Positions 30,839-41,160 of a DNA stretch of 64,000 nt are shown here, piece by piece. Position numbers and translations under genes: made by a program. Location of the stretch: positions 10,725-74,724 of the forward strand of contig CACXMK010000007.1 of the NCBI GenBank assembly GCA_902768735.1. The letters are read 5' to 3'. Numbering within the stretch: the stretch's first letter is position 1; every line of letters begins with the position of its first letter. The notes beneath the pieces were generated by a model, which was not told the DNA's origin, did no database searches, and was given only the letters and a program-made list of their open reading frames with translations. This stretch comes from an uncultured Lachnospiraceae bacterium. Lineage in GTDB: Bacteria; Bacillota; Clostridia; Lachnospirales; Lachnospiraceae.

Positions 30839-32496
30839 CAAGGCTTATAAATGACGGAGAGCATGGTGATGTCGTCAAACTGGGGAGCGCTTCCGACAAA
30901 GTCATGGATGGAATCCGTCATCTGCCGGATCAGCTGCTCCGGGCCAGCGTCAGGATCCTGGTTGAGAGAAGCGACCATGCGGTCCATACCGAACAGTTTG
31001 TTGTCCTTGTCTGTGGCCTCTACGACACCATCCGTGTAGACGAACAGCCGGTCGCCGGGCGAGAGCGTCAGCTGATAATCCGTGTACTGCATCCCTTCGA
31101 GCGCGGCCAGGACCAGGCCGTGTTTGTCCCGCAGGATTTCGAAGGGGCAGCCCTTTCTGCTCAGGGCCGGATACTCGTGTCCTGCGTTAGCTGCGGTCAA
31201 AACACCGGTGGAGAGCTCAAGGATCCCGAGCCAGACAGATACGAACATCCCGGTCTCATTGCTCCTGCAGACCAGATCGTTGATCTTTGTGAGCACTGTG
31301 GAAGGCGAATCGCCGGAGTGCATGCTCACTTTGAAGATCGATTTTGTGATGGCCATGAACAGCGCGGCCGGAATTCCCTTGCTGGATACGTCCGCAATGG
31401 AGAGGACCAGGTGGTCGTCGTCGAGGAGAAAGAAATCGTAGAAATCTCCGCCGATTTCTTTGGCGGGGTCCATGGAAGCATACAGGTCAAAATCGTCTCT
31501 TTCCGGGAATGCCGGGAATTTGCCCGGCAGCATGTCTCTCTGGATCCGCGCGGCGATTCCGAGCTCCGTGCGGGTCCTCTCTTTTTCGCCTGTCACTTTC
31601 ACCAGATGCTTCAGGTACTGCACGATCTTCTTTTCCATACTGCGGATCTCTTCGTAGAGATCCTCGATCTCATCCCTGCTGTGAATGTCAAGGTCGAGAA
31701 TGTCGTCCTCATCGTACTGGCCCTTTTTATCCGTGAACGTTCTTGCCGCCTTCGCGAGTCTGTTCAGAGGCTTGGTGACATTGCGGCGCATGAAGAAAAC
31801 GCCGATCACGGCGGCAATGGTGGCGAGAATCAGAGCGTTGAGGATGCTTTTCGCAGCGAAGCGGCGGTGTTTTGTCAAAAGAGCGTCCATACTGATGTCA
31901 ACACCGACGACCGCGACGGCATTTCCCTCGGAATCGTAAACCGGTTCAAAACAGGTGCAGAGATAGCCATCCTCCGTAGTTGACTTAGTGGCGGGGATCG
32001 ATGTGTTCTGCCCGCTGTACTGTATGAAAGGCCCGTCCAGAACATCTGTCAGCCCGAAGGAAAGATATCCGGCGTCAGGATCGATGATCCTGCAGTAATA
32101 GCCGTCCCCGATATACTGCAGGTAGATGTATTTGACATCCATATACCGGGTGTATTGGACCAGGGTCTCATTGATATTGTCGTACGCAAGAAGCAAATGG
32201 TTCTTTTTTAAGTAGGCGCGGATGTCAGCGTCATTCTGCGTCTCCTGCGACTTTTGGAAGATCTCCCGGTATTCCTGTGTCTGCGCCGATTCGACCAGAG
32301 CATGGACCAGCGTACCGTTGAGGGAATTGCTCACGGTCTCCGCGATATTTCCTGCGAGGTCCTCATAGAATTCGTCCGTTGTCCGCGTGTGCTCCCTGTA
32401 ACCTGCGAGGATGGAGAAACTTGCGCTGGCAAATACCAGAAGAATGATGAGGTTGTAGATCTTGAATCCGAGTGTCATTCGGGACTTTTTTTTCAT
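30838..32496 (-). CDS. membrane sensor PP2C/SpoIIE-family Ser phosphatase (TM-sensor-TM-HAMP-PP2C)
   Basis: Two TM helices, HAMP (PL..L...DEIEDL), GGDFYD, ADVSSKG, NAGHEYP, YTDGV, DDIT motifs. Confidence 0.9.
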   Translation of the reverse strand: MKKKSRMTLGFKIYNLIILLVFASASFSILAGYREHTRTTDEFYEDLAGNIAETVSNSLNGTLVHALVESAQTQEYREIFQKSQETQNDADIRAYLKKNHLLLAYDNINETLVQYTRYMDVKYIYLQYIGDGYYCRIIDPDAGYLSFGLTDVLDGPFIQYSGQNTSIPATKSTTEDGYLCTCFEPVYDSEGNAVAVVGVDISMDALLTKHRRFAAKSILNALILATIAAVIGVFFMRRNVTKPLNRLAKAARTFTDKKGQYDEDDILDLDIHSRDEIEDLYEEIRSMEKKIVQYLKHLVKVTGEKERTRTELGIAARIQRDMLPGKFPAFPERDDFDLYASMDPAKEIGGDFYDFFLLDDDHLVLSIADVSSKGIPAALFMAITKSIFKVSMHSGDSPSTVLTKINDLVCRSNETGMFVSVWLGILELSTGVLTAANAGHEYPALSRKGCPFEILRDKHGLVLAALEGMQYTDYQLTLSPGDRLFVYTDGVVEATDKDNKLFGMDRMVASLNQDPDAGPEQLIRQMTDSIHDFVGSAPQFDDITMLSVIYKP

Positions 32497-32757
32497 GGTA
32501 AACTTCCTGATATTTGGCTGCAGCAGTATCAAAGCTGCTATTGGTGTGCGATCAGTATTATTTTACCATAAAACACGGCAAAAAAACGGCAAAAGAGTGC
32601 CATATGGAAGGCGGCCCGGAGGCTCCTCGCGAAACTTCGTTTTGCAGAATGGCATTTCTACAGTATAATGTATAAGAGTATCGTCCCGTCCGGCATACCG
32701 GCCCGGGAGATGACCGCAGAACAGAACCAGTGAGTATCGTATACGGAAAGTGAGCAT

Positions 32758-33234
32758 ATGGAAACAAAAGATTTATTCAGAAAAGAAGCAGTAGACAGAG
32801 TGGCCTCACCCGAACAGCTCAACGACTATATCCATGTCACAAGCCCGGCGATCTGGATGGCGCTCGCCGGGATCATCTGCATCCTGGTCGGCGCTATTGT
32901 ATGGGGCATCTTCGGAAACATCTACACGACTGTTCCCGGAGCGGGGACCGTGTCGGGACACAATCTCGTCATCTACATCAACACATCGGACCGCGTATCG
33001 GTCAAAGAGGGGATGGACATCACGGTGAACGGTCAAAAAACCGTCATACGGGAGATCTCCAGCGAGCCCGTAAAGGTCCCTGAGGACGTCAGCGAATATG
33101 TGCTCGACGCGGCAGGACTCGCATCCGGAGATTGGGCATACCGCGTGGAGGCGGATACGGACCTCGATGACGGCGCTTACAGCGCGGCTATTACGGTGGA
33201 GAGCATTCATCCGATCAAATTCGTGATCAACTAA
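32758..33234 (+). CDS. short NHLP/NHLM-system secretion accessory protein (HlyD-like N-terminus)
   Basis: FRKEAVDRVASPEQLNDY plus one TM helix, typical of NHLM secretion proteins; precedes the C39-ABC genes. Confidence 0.75.
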   Translation: METKDLFRKEAVDRVASPEQLNDYIHVTSPAIWMALAGIICILVGAIVWGIFGNIYTTVPGAGTVSGHNLVIYINTSDRVSVKEGMDITVNGQKTVIREISSEPVKVPEDVSEYVLDAAGLASGDWAYRVEADTDLDDGAYSAAITVESIHPIKFVIN

Positions 33235-33294
33235 ATTGTGCTTTCCGGAATACGCATCGTTGGAACAGACGGACGACAGAGGTTTTGAAAACGG

Positions 33295-35487
33295 ATGAAC
33301 ACTAGCAAGAAAAAGATCAAGGAGCCTGTCAAAAAGGGTGTCGCCACAGTGCCGGTCATCATGCAGATGGAGGCTTTGGAGTGCGGGGCAGCCTGCCTGA
33401 CCATGATCCTTGCCTATTATGAAAAATGGATCCCCCTTGAGAAGGTGCGCGTGGACTGCGGCGTCTCAAGAGACGGCTCCAACGCGAAAAACGTACTGAG
33501 AGCAGCGCGCTTTTACGGCCTGAACGCGGACGGCTACAAAGTGGAACCGCAGGTCCTTATGGAGAATGCGACGTTTCCCTGCATCATCCACTGGAACTTC
33601 AACCACTTTGTGGTACTTGACGGCTTCAGGGGGAAGAAAGCGATCCTCAACGACCCCGCTAGGGGGAAAGTAGAGGTTCCGCTTGAGGAATTTGACAAGT
33701 CCTTTACAGGGATCTGTCTTATGTTTTCTCCCGGAGAGGATTTCGAACCCTCCGGAAAGCCCAAGAGCGTTCTCTCTTTTGCCTCCAAGAGACTCAAGGG
33801 GGCAGGGCCCGCGATCGCTTTCGTCGTTCTGACGACTGTGATCAGTTCGCTGTGCGATATCATCCATCCCGGGTTTTACCAGGTATTTATGGACAGGCTG
33901 CTGACGGGGAAGAACCCTGACTGGGCATTTCCTTTCCTTGTCCTGCTCTCCGGGTTCGCGGCGATACAGATCGCGGTCGCCTGGATCAACGTCGTCTACT
34001 CGATGCGGATCAACGGCAAGCTGGCGATCGTCGGCAGCTCCTCTTTCATGTGGAAGATCCTGGGCCTTCCGATGGAGTTCTTTTCCCAGAGAATGGCGGG
34101 CGACGTCCAGTCGAGGCAGAACTCCAATTCGGAGATCGCGTCGAACCTGGTCAACACATTCGCGCCTCTCGTGCTCAACACGGCGACTATGGTCTTTTAT
34201 CTCACGGTCATGGTGCGGATGAGCATTGCGATGACAATCGTCGGCATGGTATCGGTGCTCGTAAACGCGACGTTTTCCCGCTATATCACGGAGAAACGCG
34301 TCAATATTTCGAGAGTCCAGGTGCGTGACAACGGAAAGCTGATCGGCACGACGGTGGCAGGGATCGAAATGATCGAGTCCATCAAGGCCAGCGGAGCGGA
34401 GGCCGGCTTTTTCGGAAGATGGGCGGGCTATCAGGCGAGCGTCAACGCGCAGGACGTCAAGTTCATGAAGATGGACCAGTACCTGGGGATCCTCCCTGAG
34501 ATCGTATCTGCCGTTACGGACGTCCTGGTCCTTTGCATGGGCATCAACCTTGCCATGAGGGGGCAGTTCACACCCGGTATGATCGCGCAGTTCAGTATCT
34601 ATATGAAAGCGTTCCTTGCGCCGGCGGACAGCCTGATCTCCGCGGGGCAGACCGTCCAGTCGATCCGGACGGAGATGGAGCGCATTGAAGACGTCATGGA
34701 ATACCGGGACGACGATATCCTGCAGACAGACCTGCCCGCGAACGAACCCGGCATTTCGTTTTCAAAACTCTCCGGAAAAGTGGAGATGAAGAACGTAACT
34801 TTCGGCTATGCCCCCCTGGGAGAACCTCTGATCCGGGATTTCAACATGTCGCTGGAACCGGGCAAGAGCATCGCGTTCGTAGGCGCATCAGGCAGCGGCA
34901 AGTCCACGCTGGCAAAGCTCCTTTCAGGACTTTATAAACCCTGGAGCGGAGAGATCCTCTTTGACGGGAAACCGCTCAGCGAGATCGACAAGACCGTTTT
35001 CCGCGGCTCACTGGCTGTCGTAGACCAGGAGATCACGCTGTTTGAGGATACGATCGCCAATAATATCAAGATGTGGGACACGAGCATAGAGAACTACGAG
35101 ATGATCCTTGCGGCCCGCGACGCGCAGATCCACGACAAGATCATGCGCCGCGAAGGCGGCTATGAGTATAAGATCACGGAGAACGGCACGGACTTTTCGG
35201 GCGGTGAGAGGCAGAGACTTGAGATCGCCCGTGTTCTCGCGCAGGATCCGACGATCGTGATCATGGATGAGGCGACCTCCGCACTGGATGCGCGGACGGA
35301 GTTCAACGTTGTGCAGTCGATCAGGGACAGGGGCGTGACATGTATCGTGATCGCTCACAGACTGTCTACGATAAGGGACTGCGACGAGATCGTCGTCATG
35401 GATCATGGACAGGTAGCGGAAAGAGGGACCCATGAGGAACTTTATGCGCTGGACGGCCTGTATACGCAGCTTGTCAGCAGCAACTGA
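33295..35487 (+). CDS. NHLP-type bacteriocin export ABC transporter, C39 peptidase/permease/ATPase
   Basis: QMEALECGAACL (Cys), HWNFNHFVV (His), LNDP (Asp); GASGSGKS, FSGGERQR, DEATSALD motifs. Confidence 0.92.
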   Translation: MNTSKKKIKEPVKKGVATVPVIMQMEALECGAACLTMILAYYEKWIPLEKVRVDCGVSRDGSNAKNVLRAARFYGLNADGYKVEPQVLMENATFPCIIHWNFNHFVVLDGFRGKKAILNDPARGKVEVPLEEFDKSFTGICLMFSPGEDFEPSGKPKSVLSFASKRLKGAGPAIAFVVLTTVISSLCDIIHPGFYQVFMDRLLTGKNPDWAFPFLVLLSGFAAIQIAVAWINVVYSMRINGKLAIVGSSSFMWKILGLPMEFFSQRMAGDVQSRQNSNSEIASNLVNTFAPLVLNTATMVFYLTVMVRMSIAMTIVGMVSVLVNATFSRYITEKRVNISRVQVRDNGKLIGTTVAGIEMIESIKASGAEAGFFGRWAGYQASVNAQDVKFMKMDQYLGILPEIVSAVTDVLVLCMGINLAMRGQFTPGMIAQFSIYMKAFLAPADSLISAGQTVQSIRTEMERIEDVMEYRDDDILQTDLPANEPGISFSKLSGKVEMKNVTFGYAPLGEPLIRDFNMSLEPGKSIAFVGASGSGKSTLAKLLSGLYKPWSGEILFDGKPLSEIDKTVFRGSLAVVDQEITLFEDTIANNIKMWDTSIENYEMILAARDAQIHDKIMRREGGYEYKITENGTDFSGGERQRLEIARVLAQDPTIVIMDEATSALDARTEFNVVQSIRDRGVTCIVIAHRLSTIRDCDEIVVMDHGQVAERGTHEELYALDGLYTQLVSSN

Positions 35488-35676
35488 ATGAAATCCAGCA
35501 CCCCGGAAAAGTGCTGAAACTCTGGACGGGGAGCTCGTTCACAGGACAGAGTTGAAGCGCTTTTCCGGGGCGGACAAGGCGCGAAGCGACTATGGACGCT
35601 TGTCGTCCCGGATGCGAAGCATTTGGGACGCAGGGGGCTGGATAGCGATACGGCAGAAATACCCGGAGGTTGGCAT

Positions 35677-38073
35677 ATGGGCTGGTTTGACGAACAGATC
35701 CGTCTCAGAAAACTGAATGACGAGGAATTATTTGAGGACTCTTTTCTGGATATGGCCGGTGCCGTCATGGGAAGAGAACTGCAGGCTTCTCTGGAAAGCC
35801 ACCGCGTAAAGACCAAGAACGCGATCGATTCGATCCTCAGGAATTTTCATCTGCGCACAAGAGAGATCCCGGAAGAGGTCACAGACCTGGACGAGCAGCT
35901 GGACTATCTTCTGGATCCTCACGGGATCATGCGGCGCATCGTATACCTTCCTTCGGGATGGTACAAAGACGCAGCAGGGCCGATGCTCCTGATCTATAAA
36001 AAAGACAGTATTCCTGTGGCGGTCCTTCCCGGCCCTCTGGGCGGTTATGAGTTTACGGATCCGCAGACGCAGAAAAAGTGCAGGATAAATGACAAAACAC
36101 AGAACCTTTTCGAGGATAAGGGCATCTGCTTTTACAAGCCGTTTCCTTTAAAAAAGCTCGGGATGAAGGATCTTCTTTTGTACATGACGCTCTCGAGATC
36201 CGTCACGGATCATGCGCTGATCTTCATTACCGGGGCGATCATCACGGCGATCGGCGCCCTGACGCCGATGTTTACCAAGCTTGCATACGGCAAAGTGCTG
36301 GGGAGCGGTCAGCTGCCGATGTTGTACGGCCTCACATTTTTCATGATCAGCGCCGCGATCGGCAACATCCTGTTCTCCGCGGTGAGCAACATGATCACGC
36401 AGGCCGTCCAGATCAAGCAGTCGGTAGCCATCGAAGCGGCTGTGATGATGCGGGTGCTGTCGCTGCCTGCTTCGTTCTTCAGAAAGTTCAGCGCAGGTGA
36501 ACTCCACTCCAGAACGCAATCCATCACGGAACTGTGCAAGCAGCTCTCGTCCGCGGTCCTCTCGACCGGGCTTACGTCGGTGTTTTCGCTGGTCTACATC
36601 ACGCAGATCTTCCATTATACGCCGGCTCTGGTCGTGCCTTCCCTTGCGATCACGCTGATCACGGTGGTCTTTTCGATCGTGTCCACGCTGATCAACATCG
36701 GGGTCGCGAAATCCTCCATGCAGTTAGCCGCGCAGGAAGACGGCATGAATTACGCGATGATCACGGGGATCCAGAAGATCAAGCTCGCGGGCGCGGAAAA
36801 ACGCGCGTTTGCGCGCTGGGGGCGGTTGTTTGCCCAAAAGGCGGAATTTCTGTACAACCCGCCTACGATCATCAAAATGAACAGTGTGATCTCAGCGGCG
36901 ATCAGCCTGATCGGAACGATCGTTCTGTACAGCGCAGCGATAGGGAGCGGTGTCACATATGACAACTATGTGGCTTTTATGAGTTCCTACGGGTTTATCT
37001 CCGGCGCCTTTTTGGAGATCTCTTCGACAGCCCTGCTTTTCGCGGGGATCAAGCCTACGCTCGATATGGTAAAGCCTATTCTTGAGGAAGTGCCTGAGAC
37101 AGCAGGGAACAAGCAGACCGTGACGTCCCTCGGAGGAGGGATCGAGCTCAACCATGTCTGTTTCCGGTATTCTGACGGAATGCCTGACATTCTGGATGAT
37201 CTGAGCCTTAAGATCAGGCCGGGCGAGTACGTCGCGATCGTCGGCGAGACCGGCTGCGGTAAATCCACCCTGATCAGGATCCTTCTGGGATTTGAAAAAC
37301 CGAGAAAAGGCGCTGTCTTTTACGACGGCAAGGACATCAGCAGCCTTGATCTGCGCTCCCTCCGGAAGCATATCGGCGTTGTGGTGCAGAACGGCAAGCT
37401 GATGATGGGCAGTATTTATGAAAACATAACGATCTCCGCGCCCTGGCTCGGCATGGATGCCGCCTGGGAGGCGGCGGAAGCGGCCGGTCTCGCGCAGGAT
37501 ATCCGCGAAATGCCGATGGGAATGCAGACGATGATCTCTGAAGGGCAGGGCGGTATTTCCGGCGGACAGAAACAGCGGCTTCTGATCGCTCGGGCGATCG
37601 CGCCCAAGCCGAAAGTCCTGATGTTCGACGAGGCGACTTCCGCGCTGGACAACCTGACACAGAAGCGCGTGACGGAGGCGATCAGCTCCTACAACTGCAC
37701 CAGGATCGTGATCGCGCACAGGCTTTCGACGATCCAGTCCTGTGACAGGATCCTTCTCTTAAAGGACGGAAAGATCACAGAGGACGGAACCTATGACGAA
37801 CTGATCGCTCTGGGCGGATTCTTTGCGGAACTCGTGGAGCGCCAGAGACTTGATACGGGTACTGCCGGGCAGGGGACAAAGACCGGCGGCGAGACGCCCG
37901 ATGAGGCGCTTCTGCCGGAGAGGTCCGGTGACGAAACGCCTGTAGAGGACGCGGCTTATAACGAGGCGCCCGTAGAAGCGGCCTGTGACGGGGCGCCTGT
38001 AGAGGCAGAGGGCGGCGCGTACCTCCCTGAGGAAGCGCCGGCAGACGGAGAGGATGATGGGCCAGTTGGGTAA
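35677..38073 (+). CDS. NHLP-type export ABC transporter permease/ATPase (no active peptidase), with an acidic repetitive C-terminal tail
   Basis: MGWFDEQI start after GGAGG; GETGCGKS, ISGGQKQR, DEATSALD motifs. Confidence 0.9.
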   Translation: MGWFDEQIRLRKLNDEELFEDSFLDMAGAVMGRELQASLESHRVKTKNAIDSILRNFHLRTREIPEEVTDLDEQLDYLLDPHGIMRRIVYLPSGWYKDAAGPMLLIYKKDSIPVAVLPGPLGGYEFTDPQTQKKCRINDKTQNLFEDKGICFYKPFPLKKLGMKDLLLYMTLSRSVTDHALIFITGAIITAIGALTPMFTKLAYGKVLGSGQLPMLYGLTFFMISAAIGNILFSAVSNMITQAVQIKQSVAIEAAVMMRVLSLPASFFRKFSAGELHSRTQSITELCKQLSSAVLSTGLTSVFSLVYITQIFHYTPALVVPSLAITLITVVFSIVSTLINIGVAKSSMQLAAQEDGMNYAMITGIQKIKLAGAEKRAFARWGRLFAQKAEFLYNPPTIIKMNSVISAAISLIGTIVLYSAAIGSGVTYDNYVAFMSSYGFISGAFLEISSTALLFAGIKPTLDMVKPILEEVPETAGNKQTVTSLGGGIELNHVCFRYSDGMPDILDDLSLKIRPGEYVAIVGETGCGKSTLIRILLGFEKPRKGAVFYDGKDISSLDLRSLRKHIGVVVQNGKLMMGSIYENITISAPWLGMDAAWEAAEAAGLAQDIREMPMGMQTMISEGQGGISGGQKQRLLIARAIAPKPKVLMFDEATSALDNLTQKRVTEAISSYNCTRIVIAHRLSTIQSCDRILLLKDGKITEDGTYDELIALGGFFAELVERQRLDTGTAGQGTKTGGETPDEALLPERSGDETPVEDAAYNEAPVEAACDGAPVEAEGGAYLPEEAPADGEDDGPVG

Positions 38074-38917
38074 TCTGAGAGGCGGGATCGACGCCGCCAC
38101 TATGAAAAAGATCGCGATCATCACAATGTTCATAGATCACCTGACGCTGACCATGCTGGAGATCCCAAGAGATGCGCAGGGCACGAGGATCATGTATACG
38201 TTTCCCGGAGGGGAAGTGCTGGATCAGCTCGGCCGGGGTATCGGAAGACTCGCGTTTCCTGTCTTTTGCTTTCTCATCGTGGAGGGATTCCTTCATACAC
38301 GCAACAGGTGGAAATACCTTGTAAGGCTTTTGGTCTTCGCGGCGGCGGCACAGTATCCTTTTTGCATGATGGCGTTTCCGAACTCCACAAGGCGGCACGC
38401 GGATACGATCTTTACACTGGCGGCCGGGTACGTAGTGATCTGGTGCGTCCATACGTTGGCCCGGTTTCTTCCGGATGTGTACAGGCCGGTCCCTTCTGCG
38501 GCGCTGAGCCGGGCAGAGAACGGGGACGGTCAGGTTTATAACAATGCGATGTTTGCGCTTCCTGCGCCTTTTGATAACATGATCGTCCGTGCCGTGCTGT
38601 TTCTCGTACCGGGTGCGGCTTTCACGTTCGGGATCTGCAGGCTCGTGAAATGGACGGGCTGTGATTACTCCTACGGAGGCGTTCTCTGCATCCTTCTTCT
38701 GTATCTGCTCTATCGGGTGCGCGATCTCTCGCTCGGAGCGTCATGGGCCTGGCTAACCTATTATAATGAGAACGAAGTGCTGGCTTTTACAGGATTTTTC
38801 CTCATCCGGTGCTATAATGGAAAGAGAGGTAAACAGAACAAGTACTTCTTTTATCTTTTCTATCCGGGACATCTGCTATTGCTGTATCTCCTCCGCAGGG
38901 CCGTTTTTGGCGCATGA
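38057..38917 (+). CDS. TraX-family membrane protein
   Basis: K.IAIITMFIDH, IGRLAFPVF, EGFLHTRN, DY...G, YNGKRG, FYLFYPGHL motifs; start may instead be 38102. Confidence 0.85.
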   Translation: MGQLGNLRGGIDAATMKKIAIITMFIDHLTLTMLEIPRDAQGTRIMYTFPGGEVLDQLGRGIGRLAFPVFCFLIVEGFLHTRNRWKYLVRLLVFAAAAQYPFCMMAFPNSTRRHADTIFTLAAGYVVIWCVHTLARFLPDVYRPVPSAALSRAENGDGQVYNNAMFALPAPFDNMIVRAVLFLVPGAAFTFGICRLVKWTGCDYSYGGVLCILLLYLLYRVRDLSLGASWAWLTYYNENEVLAFTGFFLIRCYNGKRGKQNKYFFYLFYPGHLLLLYLLRRAVFGA

Positions 38918-38949
38918 CGGATCGGGGGATTTAAAAAGGGGGACTATCT

Positions 38950-40554
38950 ATGGAACTGATGTTTATCGGCGCGACACATGAGGTGACGGGAAGCTGTCAT
39001 TACATTCAGGTGGGAAAAAAGAAGTTCCTTATCGACTGCGGGATGGAGCAGGGGATCGACAGGTTTGAGAATTCGGACCTTCCGGTACCTGCTTCAGAGA
39101 TCGACTTTGTGATCCTGACGCACGCGCACATCGACCACGCAGGGATGCTTCCCAAGCTCTATCACGATGGTTTCAGAGGGCCGATCATAGCAACAAGGGC
39201 GACCACCAGCCTGTGCGATATCATGCTCCGCGACTCGGCGCATATCCAGACGATGGAGTCGCTGTGGAGAAATAAGAAAGCTAAGAGAAAAATCGACGGA
39301 GAGGCGTATGAGCCGATCTATACGATGGAAGATGCGCTCGAGACGATCAAACTCTTTGTGAGCTACCCCTATAACAAGATCTTTTCCGCCTGTGAAGGCG
39401 TAAGGTTCCGGTTCACGGATATCGGCCATCTTCTTGGTTCTGCCAGCATTGAGATCTGGCTGGAGGAAGGCAATACGGAGAAGAAGATCGTCTTTTCCGG
39501 AGATATCGGAAACAGGAGACAGCCTCTTCTCAAAGATCCCGAGATGACGGACGAAGCGGACTATGTGGTCATGGAATCCACCTATGGCGACAGGCTGCAT
39601 GAAAAAGACGATGAGGACGTGATCCATGAATTCGCGGACATCATCACGGAGACCTTCCGGAGAGGGGGAAATGTCGTTATCCCCGCATTTGCGGTCGGCA
39701 GGACGCAGGTCATGCTCTATTACATCCGCAAGATCAAGGAGATGAATCTCGTACCGGAATTTCCGAATTTCCCGGTCTATGTGGACAGCCCTCTCGCAGT
39801 GGATGCGACAGAGATCTTTTACGAATGCGGAGAGGAGTGTTACGACAAAGAGGCGCTGGATCTCTTACATAAAGGGATCAACCCGATCAGCTTTCCGAAC
39901 CTTCACCTGTCGATCACAACCGAGGAATCCAAGGAGATCAACGACATCCAGGAGCCCAAGGTGATCATAAGCGCGTCCGGCATGTGCGATGCGGGACGCA
40001 TCAAACATCACCTGAAGTATAATCTCTGGAGATCGGATTCCACGATCCTGATCGTCGGATACCAGTCGATCGGCTCTCCCGGCCGAAAGATACAGGATGG
40101 CGCCAAGGAGATCAAGCTGTTCGGAGAAGACGTCGCGGTCAGGGCAAGGATCGCGGTCCTGCCGGGACTGTCGGGACACGCCGACAGGCTGGGGCTTTTG
40201 GAATGGGTCGAAGCCTTCAAGTACAGACCCCGCCAGGTCTTTGTCGTCCACGGGGAGGACAAGGTCGCGGAAATGTTCGCGCAGACCCTGGTCGAAGAGT
40301 GCGAGCTGCGGGCGATGGCGCCTTTCAGCGGAACGCGCTACGATCTGGCAGCCGGCAAGTTCATCGAGATCACGGAAGGAATTCCGATCACCAAGGCAAC
40401 GCAGGGCAGATCGGTCTCCAGCTCGTTCACAAAGCTCAAGATGACGGCGAGACAGGTCCTCGAGTTCATCAACAAATGCCAGGGGCTTCCGAACAAGGAT
40501 CTGGAGAAATTCTCACGAGACCTCGAATTGCTCATCGAAAAATACAAAAGATAA
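38950..40554 (+). CDS. MBL-fold beta-CASP ribonuclease
   Basis: EVTGSC, THAHIDH, GHLLGS, FSGD, ESTYG, PAFAVGR, SGHAD, VHGE motifs. Confidence 0.92.
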   Translation: MELMFIGATHEVTGSCHYIQVGKKKFLIDCGMEQGIDRFENSDLPVPASEIDFVILTHAHIDHAGMLPKLYHDGFRGPIIATRATTSLCDIMLRDSAHIQTMESLWRNKKAKRKIDGEAYEPIYTMEDALETIKLFVSYPYNKIFSACEGVRFRFTDIGHLLGSASIEIWLEEGNTEKKIVFSGDIGNRRQPLLKDPEMTDEADYVVMESTYGDRLHEKDDEDVIHEFADIITETFRRGGNVVIPAFAVGRTQVMLYYIRKIKEMNLVPEFPNFPVYVDSPLAVDATEIFYECGEECYDKEALDLLHKGINPISFPNLHLSITTEESKEINDIQEPKVIISASGMCDAGRIKHHLKYNLWRSDSTILIVGYQSIGSPGRKIQDGAKEIKLFGEDVAVRARIAVLPGLSGHADRLGLLEWVEAFKYRPRQVFVVHGEDKVAEMFAQTLVEECELRAMAPFSGTRYDLAAGKFIEITEGIPITKATQGRSVSSSFTKLKMTARQVLEFINKCQGLPNKDLEKFSRDLELLIEKYKR

Positions 40555-40607
40555 TCCGTTTAGATTCGTTTATTAGTTTTTATAGTTTTAGAAGACAGAG
40601 GATCAAT

Positions 40608-41114
40608 ATGAATCTTATAGCTGCAGTGGATAAGAACTGGGCCATCGGCAACAAGGGGCAGCTCCTTGTCCGGATCCCGGCCGACCACAGGATGTTCCGG
40701 CAGGAGACGTTGGGAAAGGTCGTCGTGTACGGGCGAAAGACACTGGAGACATTCCCGCTCGCGCAGCCGCTGGACCGGAGAGTCAATATCGTCCTTTCGA
40801 CGAACCCGGATTACAAGGTAAAAAACGCGATCGTAGCGCACAGCATCGAAGAGCTCTTAAAGGAATTGGAACAATACCCTTCCGAAGATATCTATATCAT
40901 CGGCGGAGAGAGCATCTACAGGCAGATGCTGCCTTATTGCGATACCGCGCATATCACAAAGGTGGATTACGCGTACGAAGCGGACGCCTATTTCCCGAAC
41001 CTGGACAGAGATCCGGAATGGGAAGTGACAGCGGACAGTGACGAGCAGACGTATTTTGACATCGCATACACATTTATCCGCTATGAGAGAGTAAAGGCCG
41101 GGAGCAACAGATAA
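40608..41114 (+). CDS. folA: dihydrofolate reductase
   Basis: AAVDKNWAIG, GRKT, PL..R.N, IIGG, DAYFP motifs; start ATG 40608 after GAGG. Confidence 0.92.
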   Translation: MNLIAAVDKNWAIGNKGQLLVRIPADHRMFRQETLGKVVVYGRKTLETFPLAQPLDRRVNIVLSTNPDYKVKNAIVAHSIEELLKELEQYPSEDIYIIGGESIYRQMLPYCDTAHITKVDYAYEADAYFPNLDRDPEWEVTADSDEQTYFDIAYTFIRYERVKAGSNR

Positions 41115-41160
41115 TCGAAATCCGGAAAAGAAATCCGGGAAAGGAAATCAGGAAAGGACT

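Noticed and set aside
35488-35676. Tiny ORFs between the two exporter genes (MKSSTPEKC, MDACRPGCEAFGTQGAG) as RiPP precursors
   Set aside because: No convincing RBS, no double-glycine or Nif11/NHLP leader, and too short.
40203-40607. Apparent N-terminal extension of DHFR in the ORF track
   Set aside because: It overlaps the beta-CASP gene in another frame; the DHFR fold starts at ATG 40608 after an RBS.
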